From: an uncultured virus (IMG/VR IMGVR_UViG_3300015263_001049) | Taxonomy: Duplodnaviria > Heunggongvirae > Uroviricota > Caudoviricetes | Length of the DNA: 64,000 bases | Virus record (IMG/VR): IMGVR_UViG_3300015263_001049 | Strand: one strand, 5' to 3' | Part shown: in pieces, positions 28,719 through 39,094 of the stretch | Layout of the letters: each line of letters starts with the position of its first letter | How positions within the stretch are numbered: the stretch's first letter is position 1 | Notes under the pieces: generated by a model | Told to the model about the DNA's origin: nothing | Database searches by the model: none | The model's input: the letters and a program-made list of their open reading frames with translations, nothing else | Position numbers and translations under genes: made by a program

Positions 28719-29078
28719 ATGAAAGCCATCGTCTGCAAAGTGGGCTCGACCCCGGAAGTGGTCGAACTGTCGGAGAACGGCGAGACCGCCTTTGAGCAGG
28801 TCCGCCAGCATGTCGGCGGGTACGTCGAGCGTGTTCGGCTCGGCAAGTTCGACGTGTACGTTGACGAGGACGGGCTCCCGAAGGGTCTTCCTCACAACCG
28901 GACGGTCGCCGGTCAGCCGATCGTCGGGACCTTCGTGGTCCTCGGTGCGAGCCCGATGTGGCTCGTCGGCCTGACGGACAACGAAGCCAAGTGGCTCGTC
29001 ACCGACCTCACCGCTGGAGGTTGCCTCACCCAACCCGTGAAGAAGCCCGGCCTTCGCAAGTGCCGCCCGCTGGATTGA
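28719..29078 (+). CDS. DUF3846-like protein
   Basis: 'VGGYVERV..VYVDEDGLPKGLPHNR..IVGTFVV'. Confidence 0.7.
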   Translation: MKAIVCKVGSTPEVVELSENGETAFEQVRQHVGGYVERVRLGKFDVYVDEDGLPKGLPHNRTVAGQPIVGTFVVLGASPMWLVGLTDNEAKWLVTDLTAGGCLTQPVKKPGLRKCRPLD

Positions 29079-29813
29079 AGGAGGACACCATGGCCAGAAC
29101 CGTTACGACAGGCGAGGTCAAGAGAGCCCGCCACACGATGAACAGCCACGACCAGGTGCATTGTGCGGCCTGCGGCGAGATCGTCAGCGGGCCGCACCAA
29201 GCCACGGCCCAACCCAAGGGCCGGGGTATGTGGGCTCGCGAGTGCTCCGCCTGCGGAGTCATCACGTGGTACGACGTCGACAACGACGGCGTCCCCTACG
29301 GATCCTACGGGAAGGACCGATGAACCTCCACGAACGCATCGCCGAAGCTCTGAACTGGACCCTCAAGGACGTTCAGAGCTTCTCCCTCCCCTCGCTCCTC
29401 CCCCTCGTCCGCCCCGTAGATGCGAAGCTCGCTCACGAGATTTCATCCTCCATCGAGACGGCGGCTCACTGGACGGTGCCCGTCCAACCCCGCCGAAGGC
29501 GGTGGTGATTCCGGTTGAATCTTTACTCCGTCGATCGTCTACAGAGCATGAGCGTCCCTACTTCGATCCGCTGGGCCAACCTTGCTCTCACTCAAGCCAA
29601 GAAGCGCGTGGGTACGGCTGGTTGGACGATCCTCAGCCAAGACCTTCGGCACGCTCTCGTGTGCTACGAGCTGGTCGGTATCCTCGCCAGCCAAGAGCAC
29701 GCAAACGGCGAGAACATGCGGGACGCCTGCGATGCTGTCATCCAGATGTCCGAAAGGGAGTGCCCCTAAAGGGCTTATAGCTCATCTAGGGCAACCACCA
29801 CCAGGCGGGTAAA

Positions 29814-30068
29814 ATGTATTCCTACGATAGACGAGCCGCCGCGTTCCAAGTGAAAAAACTAGACCCGGAGACGGTCCTCGAAGCCGTCGAGTTGGAAGGG
29901 GGTCGCACGGTCGGCTTCAAGAGCCCCAAGTCCATCACCTACGCCGTAGTGGACAGTTCCGGACGTGTTGTGAAAACCAAAGGTGCCCTCGGCAAAGATC
30001 AATTCGAGATTTACCCAAAAAAGAGCGTCGCCGAACAGGTCGCTAAGTACCTCACCGAGAAGCGGTGA
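29814..30068 (+). CDS. hypothetical protein with N-terminal YSYDRR tag
   Basis: begins MYSYDRRAAA. Confidence 0.65.
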   Translation: MYSYDRRAAAFQVKKLDPETVLEAVELEGGRTVGFKSPKSITYAVVDSSGRVVKTKGALGKDQFEIYPKKSVAEQVAKYLTEKR

Positions 30069-30110
30069 CCGGCTGGATGATGGGTTTATGGCTTCCAACC
30101 GTTGGAAGCC

Positions 30111-30878
30111 ATGAGCAACAGCGACCCGCCCGCGTCCGACCCGCCGCCGTCCTCGGAGAAGCCTCAGATCGAAGTCGTCGTCAAGACGCCCGAAGTACGT
30201 CGACCACGGCGACTCAAGGAGCTTTTCAAGTGGGTCGTCGACCACACGCAGAAGTCCGGCGCCGTCCTGGCCATCATCGCCATCGGCGCCGTCGCCACCT
30301 GGGCCTTCAAAGCCCGAGCCCTCGTTCGGGAATGGGCTCACGAGGTTGTTCAAGCGGAGGTGGTCAACAGCCAGGACTTCCACACGAGGGAGGCCGAGGC
30401 GTTGGTCAAGAACGCTGCCTTCGTAGACAAGGTCGACGAGCGGGCGAAGACGAAAGTGGACATCACCCTCTCCAACAAGGAATTTTGGGACCGCGTAGAA
30501 GCCGCCGCCAAAGAGCAGGCGGGAGAGGCAGCTCGGGACGAGGTCAACAACTCGGATGCCGACCGGATCGCCAAGCTCGCGGACAAGATGCTCGGGAACG
30601 ATGCCTTCCGAACCATCGTGATCGCCAAGCTCACGACCGATCCCAAACTACAGCGGGAACTTGTGATCTCGCTATCCCGAGATCCCGTCGCCATGGAGCG
30701 CTTCCGAGGCCCAGAGGGAAAGCTCGGGCCTCAAGGCCCGCAAGGACCCCAAGGCATCCAAGGGGTCCAAGGCGTGCCCGGAGGCGAAGGGAAGCAAGGT
30801 CCGAAAGGTGAGCCGGGCATCTGCCCTTGCCCCCCTCCGATCCTCACGCCCCCGCCCCCGGCGAACACGGGAGGCTAG
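30111..30878 (+). CDS. membrane-anchored protein with collagen-like (Gly-X-Y) repeat
   Basis: TM segment 'AVLAIIAIGAVATWAF'; about 13 GXY triplets near the C-terminus. Confidence 0.75.
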   Translation: MSNSDPPASDPPPSSEKPQIEVVVKTPEVRRPRRLKELFKWVVDHTQKSGAVLAIIAIGAVATWAFKARALVREWAHEVVQAEVVNSQDFHTREAEALVKNAAFVDKVDERAKTKVDITLSNKEFWDRVEAAAKEQAGEAARDEVNNSDADRIAKLADKMLGNDAFRTIVIAKLTTDPKLQRELVISLSRDPVAMERFRGPEGKLGPQGPQGPQGIQGVQGVPGGEGKQGPKGEPGICPCPPPILTPPPPANTGG

Positions 30879-31369
30879 TTGGCCGCGTAGACGTGGTGAA
30901 CGCCGTTCGTCTTACCGTTCATGAAGGTCTGAACTGAGGTCCAGACCGACTGGCCCTTCTTGCCCTTTCGGCACTTCACGAGGCCAGCACTCAGCATGCT
31001 CGTTAGGAGCGGGGACAGCCCTTGAGCCCCCTTAAGCCCGAGGACTTTGGCGATCTCCACCGCTCGGAGCCCATCCTTGTTGCCGTTCAACGCATCGAGG
31101 ATGCGTGCCCTTCGGTCTTCTGGTCGTAGGCTTGACAGCTTCACCTTCCGCCCGGTCTTACCCGCCACGGACGGTTCTTCAGGGGCCTTCTCGATGAGGC
31201 TCGGCTTGTTGAAGACACCCGAGGCTGCCGTCGCCATGAGCCGGGACATCCGCAGGATGTCCGTTTCGCTCATGCTCGGGTGTTGCGCTCGGAGTTGGAA
31301 CAACAGCCTCCCGAGCTGGAGGAACTGGTTGACCGCATCCTTGTCTTCTTGCATCTGATTCGTGTTCAT
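30875..31369 (-). CDS. winged-HTH DNA-binding protein
   Basis: 'RILDALN..DGLRAVEIAKVLG..LSPLLTSMLSAGLV'. Confidence 0.6.
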   Translation of the reverse strand: MNTNQMQEDKDAVNQFLQLGRLLFQLRAQHPSMSETDILRMSRLMATAASGVFNKPSLIEKAPEEPSVAGKTGRKVKLSSLRPEDRRARILDALNGNKDGLRAVEIAKVLGLKGAQGLSPLLTSMLSAGLVKCRKGKKGQSVWTSVQTFMNGKTNGVHHVYAAN

Positions 31370-31884
31370 TCGATGTACCCCATCTTCTCCAGAGTAGCCT
31401 CTAGCTTCTCGACCCGTTTCTTGAGCTTGGCGTTCTCTTTCCTCAGCTTCTCAACTTGAGGTGAGACCCTCGGGGCTACGGGAAGCCCCAGCTCCGTCTT
31501 CCGCTGCCGGACATATTCAGCGACGAGCTGGTAGGTCGGCGGGACCTTGTGCGTCTGGATCCACTCCAGAGTCCGCTTGGTCACGCCGGGTCGGTGCTCC
31601 TTCGGGAGTCGAGCCAGAGCTGCGCTCGCGTAAACTCCGAACTTCCGCACGTCGAGGAACTTCGCACCAGACTTGAAGGCTCGGTAGAGCGCCGGGGTGC
31701 AAAGACGCTCCTCACGAAGCAAGACATCCCAGCGCCTAGTCTTGTGCGGGTTATCGTGCCAGATGACCGTCTTCGGCTCCGTCTCGATGAGCAACGTCAT
31801 CAGAGAGAGTCGGTGCTCCTCGCCGGAATTAGCGTACTTTCGGGCGGTTCTGACGAACGTGTCGTAGTTCACCGCGAGGTGCAT
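31366..31884 (-). CDS. hypothetical protein with C-terminal coiled coil
   Basis: ATGA overlap with the next gene. Confidence 0.6.
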   Translation of the reverse strand: MHLAVNYDTFVRTARKYANSGEEHRLSLMTLLIETEPKTVIWHDNPHKTRRWDVLLREERLCTPALYRAFKSGAKFLDVRKFGVYASAALARLPKEHRPGVTKRTLEWIQTHKVPPTYQLVAEYVRQRKTELGLPVAPRVSPQVEKLRKENAKLKKRVEKLEATLEKMGYIE

Positions 31885-32171
31885 AGCACCGAGGCTGCCG
31901 TCGCACCAACCAAAACGACGCAGAAGATATGAGGTTCCGAGAACAGGTCACAAAAGGCCGGCGATCTTGAGGGCCTGCTTCACCAAAGCCACCTCTTGTT
32001 TGGCGCTCGTTTCGACGTACACGCACCAGCGGGTCAGATCGTACTGGCTGGTCAACGCCTTCCCTGGAAGCCCCTTGGACATGAGGAAGACGGCTACTCG
32101 GTCCCGCGCAACTTCGGCTTCTTGTCTTGTCTCGTAGACCCGAACCATAAGCCCCGGAAACCAGCGCCCGC

Positions 32172-32351
32172 TCATATCCGGTCGAACCGCGTTCTACGGA
32201 CCTCGGGAGCTTTTCGGAGAATCTCGACGAGCCCTTCGGCCCATTCGTAGTGCTCACGACACATGGGTAGCGGCACCCCCTTCCCCGTGGGGTCCTCGAA
32301 AGAACAGTTGGGGTCAGCGGGCTTCCCGCATTCGTGACAGGGTTTGGTCAT
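32172..32351 (-). CDS. small zinc-finger protein with C-terminal RTRFDRI tag
   Basis: CHECG..CREH; ends RRTRFDRI. Confidence 0.6.
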   Translation of the reverse strand: MTKPCHECGKPADPNCSFEDPTGKGVPLPMCREHYEWAEGLVEILRKAPEVRRTRFDRI

Positions 32352-32875
32352 GCGCTCTTCTTGATTCGGAGGTACGCGTCGATGCCTTGCTTGAGGTGGT
32401 GAACATCTCCCCACTCGATCCCGAACGACTCCTCAAACACGGCGTCAGCGTACTCCAACCGAACGCGATCCTTCAAAGGGTTGAGCCACCCGCCCTTGTA
32501 AAACCGGCCTTGGCCGACAATGCACCAAGCGATCGTCTTCCCACTTGTTGGGTGACCATCCGAAATCGGATGGCACGTGAATGTGGTAGCCATACCAAGG
32601 GGGTACACCGGGGTAGATCACCGGGATGAAGGTGACCCTCCAAGTCCAAGAGACCCGCAAGCCCTACAACTGGGTCAACGTCTTCTCAGCCCGTTTGGTA
32701 TTCGCGAATCGCGAACTGATCGTCGTGAAGGGGTGTGGTTCGTACTCGTTTTACCTGAGCAACGGGGAGATGGAGCTGGCGAGCTTCCTGAAGACCCACC
32801 CTCACGCCAAGATGGTTCCCGAACGACGAGGCCGGTGGCGCATTCACCCCGACTCGCTGAAACGAGTGAAGGCTC

Positions 32876-33439
32876 TCAGCACTCGACCAGCATCCCGTCG
32901 CGAAGCCACCCATGAAACCCCTTTGGGCCGGGGAACAGGATCGAAGGGTTTGCCGTCACGTTCGGCGGAGTCCCCGTCCTCGTCCAAGCGGACCTCCCAG
33001 AAGAGGGCGGCCGGTCAACGATCCACTCGCCAGCGGGCGTCTTGACCACGAGGCAACGACCGTCTGGCCCCTTCCACGGGTACCAGTCGGCGTAGTACAT
33101 CGCTCCCGGTGGAGCCCCATCCAACGTATAGCAGATGGGGGAAACGTCCGTGTGGAACAGCCTGTTGATGTTGTTCTGCCAACGGTCATCGGGCTTGAAG
33201 ATGTACCCGCATTTGGAACACGTCTTCGGCCAACGGGGGTCGTCGTGCGGGAAGTCATCTCCCCCAGAACCGTTGAGATCGTTCAGTGGAAACGCAATCG
33301 TTCCGATTGCAGCGGTAGCGTCATGCCCCCATGTGTCCTTAGCAGGGCACATCTCAGAGCTTCCAAAGGTGAACCTCCGGAGGCTTTGAGTAGCCTCCGC
33401 GAGCGGCGTAAGGAAGAAACACCGGATGGTGGTCCCCAT
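32876..33439 (-). CDS. DUF6527-like domain protein
   Basis: C-terminal 'WTRTGTPPNVTANPSIL...FHGWLRDG'. Confidence 0.6.
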   Translation of the reverse strand: MGTTIRCFFLTPLAEATQSLRRFTFGSSEMCPAKDTWGHDATAAIGTIAFPLNDLNGSGGDDFPHDDPRWPKTCSKCGYIFKPDDRWQNNINRLFHTDVSPICYTLDGAPPGAMYYADWYPWKGPDGRCLVVKTPAGEWIVDRPPSSGRSAWTRTGTPPNVTANPSILFPGPKGFHGWLRDGMLVEC

Positions 33440-33469
33440 ACCCCAGCGGAGGTATCAAGGGAATTTCAA

Positions 33470-33892
33470 CTAGAGGGGGTCATCCCGATTAAACCTGTTT
33501 CGCGTGTGCTCTAGGCACTTGGCTTCGTACTTCGTCTTGGTTTTCAGACCGTCAGAGATCACCCTTATCGAGCGCACCTGAACCTTGCTGCCTCCGTAGA
33601 GCCTCTTGTCGCACACGATGCACTTTCGGTCTTCTTGGAGGGTCTCTTCTACCCAACCCTCCACCTTGACCTCAACAGGCCCAGCGTGGATGCCAAACCC
33701 CGCGTATGCCCGAGCTTGCTCCTCCGAAGAGAAGGCGGTCACGAGAGCCCAAGGTTCGGTGGTCGTCTCGTAGACGTGCCATCGCCCGTTTTTCTCAACG
33801 ACTGTTAGCGCCACACGAGGCTCCCGGAAGAGGTAGGGCATCTCGTCCACGATGAACGAGTCGACCTGTCGACCTCGAATCCGACCGGGCAT
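33470..33892 (-). CDS. hypothetical protein with C-terminal RNRFNRDDPL tag
   Basis: 140 aa. Confidence 0.6.
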   Translation of the reverse strand: MPGRIRGRQVDSFIVDEMPYLFREPRVALTVVEKNGRWHVYETTTEPWALVTAFSSEEQARAYAGFGIHAGPVEVKVEGWVEETLQEDRKCIVCDKRLYGGSKVQVRSIRVISDGLKTKTKYEAKCLEHTRNRFNRDDPL

Positions 33893-34057
33893 CGGTGTAC
33901 TATGACACCAAGACCCCGCAAATGGCGACGATCCACATCCTTCGGCACGGGCTACCTCTCTGCCGCTTCTCCCTGGAGGTCCCGAGAGACTGGCCGCAAG
34001 GCCACCAGTGGGTCAGTGAAGAGGACTCCAACGACGCTACGTGCAAGAGCTGCGTAG

Positions 34058-34483
34058 CTAGATCCTCTCGAACCGCGTCCGAGGCGTCCTCAGAATGACG
34101 TCGATCGCCTTGTTGACGTCGCCATCGAACACGTCGCCGTGGAGCACTCGAATGAAGCGGTTCGACTTACGCTCCGTTGGAGCGTATCGCCCCATCGCCT
34201 GAAAGTCCATTAGATTATGAGCCCTTCGGCAAGCGGTCTCCGAGGCGTATGCACCTCCGATTCGCCGACTGTCCTTGTCCACGAGCATGAACAAGTCCCC
34301 GCCTTGGACGACACGGACCTCGACCATCCCGAAGTCACGAAGTAGTGCTCGACGACGCCGGAGAGCTTGTCGCTTCGTCAAGGCCGAAGACCCGATGAAC
34401 CACCCGTTGGTGTTCTCCTCGACCACGAACCACAGGCCCGTCGCGGCTTCTCGGAGAATCTCGAATCGGTCTGGGTCACGCAA
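34058..34483 (-). CDS. hypothetical protein with C-terminal RTRFERI tag
   Basis: GGTGTA box upstream. Confidence 0.6.
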   Translation of the reverse strand: MRDPDRFEILREAATGLWFVVEENTNGWFIGSSALTKRQALRRRRALLRDFGMVEVRVVQGGDLFMLVDKDSRRIGGAYASETACRRAHNLMDFQAMGRYAPTERKSNRFIRVLHGDVFDGDVNKAIDVILRTPRTRFERI

Positions 34484-34556
34484 GCGGCGGCCTTGGTTCT
34501 AACTAATACACCATCGAAGACGATTTCTGAGAAAACCCCATCTCTCGATCGTCTAC

Positions 34557-34850
34557 AGGGCAGAGGCAAGACGGAGAATCCTTCCGGCGCCGATGGGGAC
34601 CAACTTTGGTCGCGGTAGGACCCCAGGGCTCATGCAAAAGAAACGACCTAGCCTGCTCCCCCACCCCGAACGATTCCGTCCAGAACCCCTGCTAGCGGGG
34701 TTGGCTGACCGTCTCGGGGAGGGTGGGGGACCGGGTGACTTCGCTCCGACCCACCGTGTCTGCCCCTCAGTAGTTCCCTTCGTCGGAGAGGTGCCGTACC
34801 CGGTGACCCACCGGGGCAACGAAGGCCAGGGTAACCTGGCCTTTCGCCTT
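34557..34850 (+). ncRNA. structured RNA or 5' leader with attenuator-like end
   Basis: Follows the CGTCTA promoter at 34550; 5'/3' closing stem, 10-bp inner stem, terminal hairpin followed by T-rich tract. Confidence 0.5.
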
Positions 34851-34862
34851 TAAGTGAGAGCC

Positions 34863-35249
34863 ATGAACGACAACAACATCGACGAAAACAAGCTGGCGGG
34901 GGCAATCGAGACTGCCTTCGCTTCTCTGAAGACGGTTGGTTCGATGGACGCCAACAAGCTGATCGACGCCATCGAGATCGAGGGTTACAGCGCCCGCAGC
35001 TACAGCGGCCGTGGAATGTACGGCAAGCGCTGCGTCGGGGTCGTGACCAAGAACGCCTTTCAGCTCGGTACCAAGATCGCCGCTGCCCTCCTCGCCGACG
35101 AGGAAGACGGCTCGGATCTCGTGGGTCAGCTCGCGAGGCTCCAGGTCTGCGAGGACTCGATGGGCCTCGACACCATCGTCTACTTCCCGAAGGTCGAATG
35201 GCCTGCGGGAAGGGCTGAAACGGATGAGGACGAGGAGGACGAAGGATGA
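34863..35249 (+). CDS. hypothetical protein
   Basis: 'RSYSGRGMYGKRCVGV...DSMGLDTIVYFP'. Confidence 0.7.
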   Translation: MNDNNIDENKLAGAIETAFASLKTVGSMDANKLIDAIEIEGYSARSYSGRGMYGKRCVGVVTKNAFQLGTKIAAALLADEEDGSDLVGQLARLQVCEDSMGLDTIVYFPKVEWPAGRAETDEDEEDEG

Positions 35250-35915
35250 ACCGCCTGTCACGTGAGAGTCTTGGGGAGCGTCTCTGCCAGTGGCACTCGT
35301 CGATGGCCGATCCGATCTACGCGGTCGGCTCGTTCTACGTCAGCGGCCACGCGTACCCCGAAGAGATCATCGTAGGGGACTGCCTCGAAAACCTCCGCCG
35401 CGACATCGACGAGCGGGAGCGGATGCTCCGGGGTGAGCCGGTCATCGTCGAACGCCAGGGGAGCAAGGTCGATCTCAAGACCTTCGCCGGCTACAAGGAC
35501 GAGGAGCTTCGCAAGGATTTGCAAGACCTCCGAGAGATCGTCCAGAACGTCGAAGCGTTCGCCAAGGAGGACTACCATGGCGGCGAATGAGAAAAGCCCT
35601 CTCGCTCACCTTCTCAAAAAAGGTGGGGACTTGGATCACTTCGATCCCGACGAAGCCCTCGATGTGCTTCGAGACTTCTGGGAGCGCGAGGGTGACGCAA
35701 CAACAGAAGACCTTCTTAGGGTCACGGACCTCATGTCGGACTTGGATGAGTGGTTGTCTGCGGGGGGCGCTCTTCCGGCCGCTTGGGACTGGAAGCGTTG
35801 ATCGGCGGGTCGGTTGTACCTGACGACCGCCCTTGGCGGCTCCTATGTGGAGACACCGGCAAAATCACGCACGCCCCCTGTCGATTTACGAATTAGGTCG
35901 GAGAGCCCCCTACAC

Positions 35916-36032
35916 TCAGTGGAGCACCATCATCACGCACCCGGCGAGTAGACCCGCTGCGAGCGACACAATGATGGCAAACATCCAAGGGAGTGTCGGA
36001 TGTGACTTGAGATACCGGAGGGTGTCAGTCAT
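35916..36032 (-). CDS. 38-aa membrane peptide
   Basis: MTDTLRYLKSHPTLPWMFAIIVSLAAGLLAGCVMMVLH; ATGA overlap; below the ORF-track length cutoff. Confidence 0.5.
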   Translation of the reverse strand: MTDTLRYLKSHPTLPWMFAIIVSLAAGLLAGCVMMVLH

Positions 36033-36292
36033 CCCACCGAAGGATCGGGAATCAAAGGATCCTCCCCATCCAAGATCCGCTCGAAGCGGATCCGCCCACC
36101 ACCGGGAGGCATGGGCCGAGGCGCCTTCAGGAAGTCCCGGAGCCCTTGAACCACTTCCTTGTCGTTCTCCACGAGCTTGCCGCGAACGTAGATGTCCCCG
36201 TTGGGTGTGAAGCGAAGATACTCGACGTTGTCTTGACCGTAGAAGATCAGCTCTCCCGGCCCCAAGGCGTCGAGAACCAAGCCCCCACTCAA
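36029..36292 (-). CDS. small hypothetical protein with RIRFERIL tag
   Basis: TTGA overlap with ung. Confidence 0.55.
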   Translation of the reverse strand: MSGGLVLDALGPGELIFYGQDNVEYLRFTPNGDIYVRGKLVENDKEVVQGLRDFLKAPRPMPPGGGRIRFERILDGEDPLIPDPSVG

Positions 36293-37056
36293 CTGAAGTC
36301 CAGGTTCTTCAGGAGGTCATCGATCTCCCCGCCCACGGGCGGGGCTTGATCCGTCATCTGTTTGACGGGCTCGGCCATCGGGACCTCCGTGCTCGGGTCT
36401 TCGGGGAGAGACCAGTCAACGGGAGGGATCCAGACCTTCGACAAGGCAAGGTTGGCCTGAGAGAAGGGCTTGGACCCAAGAAAGCCGGTGCCCCCGCGAG
36501 GGCTTGGGTGGGCCGCTGGGAGGACCACGTGCTTTGCCGTGTTGACCATGGCCGCCTTCTCCTGAGCGTGCTTACCCCAAAGCATGAAGACCATCGGCAA
36601 CTCCCGCTCGTTGAGAACTTGAATCACCCGATCGGTGAAGACCTCCCAGCCGCACCCCTTGTGGCTGTTGGCGGACTTGGCTCGGACCGTCAGGACCGTG
36701 TTGAGCAAGAGCACCCCGCGTCGAGCCCACGCCATGAGGTAGCCGTGCTTGACGGGCTGGACCCCGAGGTCGCTCTCCAGTTCCTTGTAGACGTTCACGA
36801 GGCTCGGGGGGACCGTCACCCCCGGCAGCACCGAGAAGCTCAACCCGTGAGCCTGTCCAGCCCCGTGGTAAGGGTCTTGGCCGAGGATGACAACCTTCAC
36901 CCGGTCGAGCGGGGTTTCCTCGAATGCCGCGAACACTTGCCCCGATGGCGGATAGACCGCACCATCGGCTCGTTCGCTCTTGATGTACTCCACGAGATTC
37001 GTGAAGTAGTCCTTCGTGAATTCGCCCTTTAGGGCCGCCTTCCAGGTGACGTCCAT
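36289..37056 (-). CDS. ung: uracil-DNA glycosylase, family 1
   Basis: 'VILGQDPYH', 'AHGLSFS', 'PPSL', 'GVLLLN', 'AHPSP'. Confidence 0.96.
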   Translation of the reverse strand: MDVTWKAALKGEFTKDYFTNLVEYIKSERADGAVYPPSGQVFAAFEETPLDRVKVVILGQDPYHGAGQAHGLSFSVLPGVTVPPSLVNVYKELESDLGVQPVKHGYLMAWARRGVLLLNTVLTVRAKSANSHKGCGWEVFTDRVIQVLNERELPMVFMLWGKHAQEKAAMVNTAKHVVLPAAHPSPRGGTGFLGSKPFSQANLALSKVWIPPVDWSLPEDPSTEVPMAEPVKQMTDQAPPVGGEIDDLLKNLDFS

Positions 37057-37335
37057 CGCGTGAGGTAATACACCGTTAGTCCATGCCTCTTCTTACCCCG
37101 CAGCGTCTAGCCGACGAGTTTGCCAAGCATGAGACCAAAGGCTTGATGGTGGCAGAGGTCCGTTTGCGTTCGCTACCTCGTGGGTTCACGAGCATGGTGA
37201 GCTACAAGGCTGGCGTCTTCACCCTCTGGGGAGCCCGCGTCGTCCTCGACAAGAAGCTCAAGGCCGACCAGTTGAAGCTCAAGGTGGAAGAGCACTTGGA
37301 GCCAGTCACCCCGAAGAGGGTCCGCACCGTCAAGG

Positions 37336-37803
37336 TCACCCTTTGAAGGCCGCTTGGACCTCTCGGGCCTCAACCTCCCAAGGGCACGTCCAGTAGTCGG
37401 TCGTCGCGTAGGGGAAGAAGACAGCCGGTCCGGGACCGGGACGCCAAAACCGCCCACGCTCCCCACCAAGGGTGCCGTGACGCAGGGCGCCGGTTGCGTA
37501 CTGCCGGACATGACACATCTCGTGAGCGAGAATGCCCCGCAGTTGAGCCGAGGGCAGCTCACGATCGACAACGACCTCGTAGTGCTTGCTCCGGGCGCTC
37601 TCAACCTTCCGCCAATGCGCCTCAGCCGAGGTGTTCTTATCGAGGGCTGTTGATCGCATCTTCACGGTGATGCGGAGGGTGTTCGCCATCCGTGTCGAGA
37701 AGAGCGCCTTGGCCAACTCGCGAACCGTACGTTCCACGAGGGCGTCGCGATCCTCACCTCCGCGACGGAGGACTCGAACCTTCAGTTCTCGACGGGTTGC
37801 CAT
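37336..37803 (-). CDS. HExxH zinc metalloprotease-like protein
   Basis: 'LAHEMCHVRQY...PWEVEA'; leaderless after CGTCTA. Confidence 0.75.
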   Translation of the reverse strand: MATRRELKVRVLRRGGEDRDALVERTVRELAKALFSTRMANTLRITVKMRSTALDKNTSAEAHWRKVESARSKHYEVVVDRELPSAQLRGILAHEMCHVRQYATGALRHGTLGGERGRFWRPGPGPAVFFPYATTDYWTCPWEVEAREVQAAFKG

Positions 37804-38554
37804 GTAGGGTAGACGATCGAACAGCCGTCATTTCCGCTGTTTCGCACTCGCCACATCGAGCTTTTTCAGCCGGTACCGACATCCCCCGGTACTCTTTCGT
37901 GTGCCCGCATTCGAGGGTCACGGTTGTCGATTCGGTCACCCACCACGTAAATCCACGGCTCTTTCCGATGTGTTCTTCGGTAGTACGAACACGACCCGTG
38001 ATTTTTCGCCAAGGCTTCATAGGGTTCTGTTACACCGAATCCCTGTCGATTTCGCAGAAAACGGAGCCCGTCGTTCGTCTACCAAGCGAGGAGAGGTGAC
38101 CGAGATGAGCGAGCTTCAAGCCTACTACGATGAGTTTCGACGCGGCCTCTGGGCGACCTCGGATCCCGAGGAGTGCCGTTGCTACGGTCGTGGTTGGGCT
38201 CTTTCGGAGGTGGACACGTGGCATCGGTGCCCGGTCCACTTTGAGGGTCAGCTTCACCCGGAAGAGTCGGACGGCTTCGAGGACGAGGACGAGTTTCTCG
38301 CCGCTGAGGAGGCTTCCAAGGCTCGTTTCGTCGAGTATCAGGCCGCTCGTAAGGCCGGTACCTACACTGGGGGCTTCGACACGTTCCGCACGGCTGGGGA
38401 GCTTGCCCGAGCGGCGGCTGAGCGTGAGGCCGAGCGGGTTGCCTACGAGGCGACGGTCGGCGACGACGAAATTCCGTTTTGAGGAAATCGGTCCGTTTCG
38501 CGTCGATTTGCGCTGAAACACCGGGGGCTAGATCGTCTACAGGGTGAAGGAGAG

Positions 38555-39094
38555 ATGAAGATGAACACCGCTGCTACCAAGTCCGTTTCGTCCCTTGAGT
38601 CGCTTTGCCACGTGGTTGAGACCAAGGGGGAGTGGTCGCTGGTTCACGCGGCCCCCGCGAGCCTTGCCGAGATCGTCGCCCTCGGCTTCTCAATCCACCC
38701 GAGCAAGAAGGGCGGCAACTACTACGCCGTCAAGTCGGCGACCCCGGCCCCTTCGGGCACCAAGCTCTCGGTTGCGCCCCCGGCTGCCAAGCCGGCCCCC
38801 AAGGCGAAGCCGGCTCCCGCCGCCCAGTCGGCTCTCCCCAGCCGGGTCGAGATCAAGGGCACGGACTACGCCCTCGCGGAGACCGCCACGAAGCGCAAGA
38901 TGGACTGCCGCCGCTTCGAGGTCCGCAAGCTGGGTGACGAGCTTGCCAAGCCGTACGTCGTGAGCTTCCAGAGCCACGACGGCCACACGGCTCAGTGCTC
39001 GTGCCCGGACTGGATCTACCGCCGCCGCCAGTGCAAGCACATCACGGCGGTCCAGGCGGTTGCGGTCAAGGCGCCCGTCGCTGACGTGGCGTGA
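38555..39094 (+). CDS. SWIM zinc-finger protein
   Basis: 'CSCPDWIYRRRQCKH'; RBS AAGGAG. Confidence 0.8.
   Translation: MKMNTAATKSVSSLESLCHVVETKGEWSLVHAAPASLAEIVALGFSIHPSKKGGNYYAVKSATPAPSGTKLSVAPPAAKPAPKAKPAPAAQSALPSRVEIKGTDYALAETATKRKMDCRRFEVRKLGDELAKPYVVSFQSHDGHTAQCSCPDWIYRRRQCKHITAVQAVAVKAPVADVA

Noticed and set aside
34770..34830. Self-cleaving ribozyme (HDV/twister-like)
   Set aside because: Could not identify the required pseudoknots or catalytic consensus by eye.
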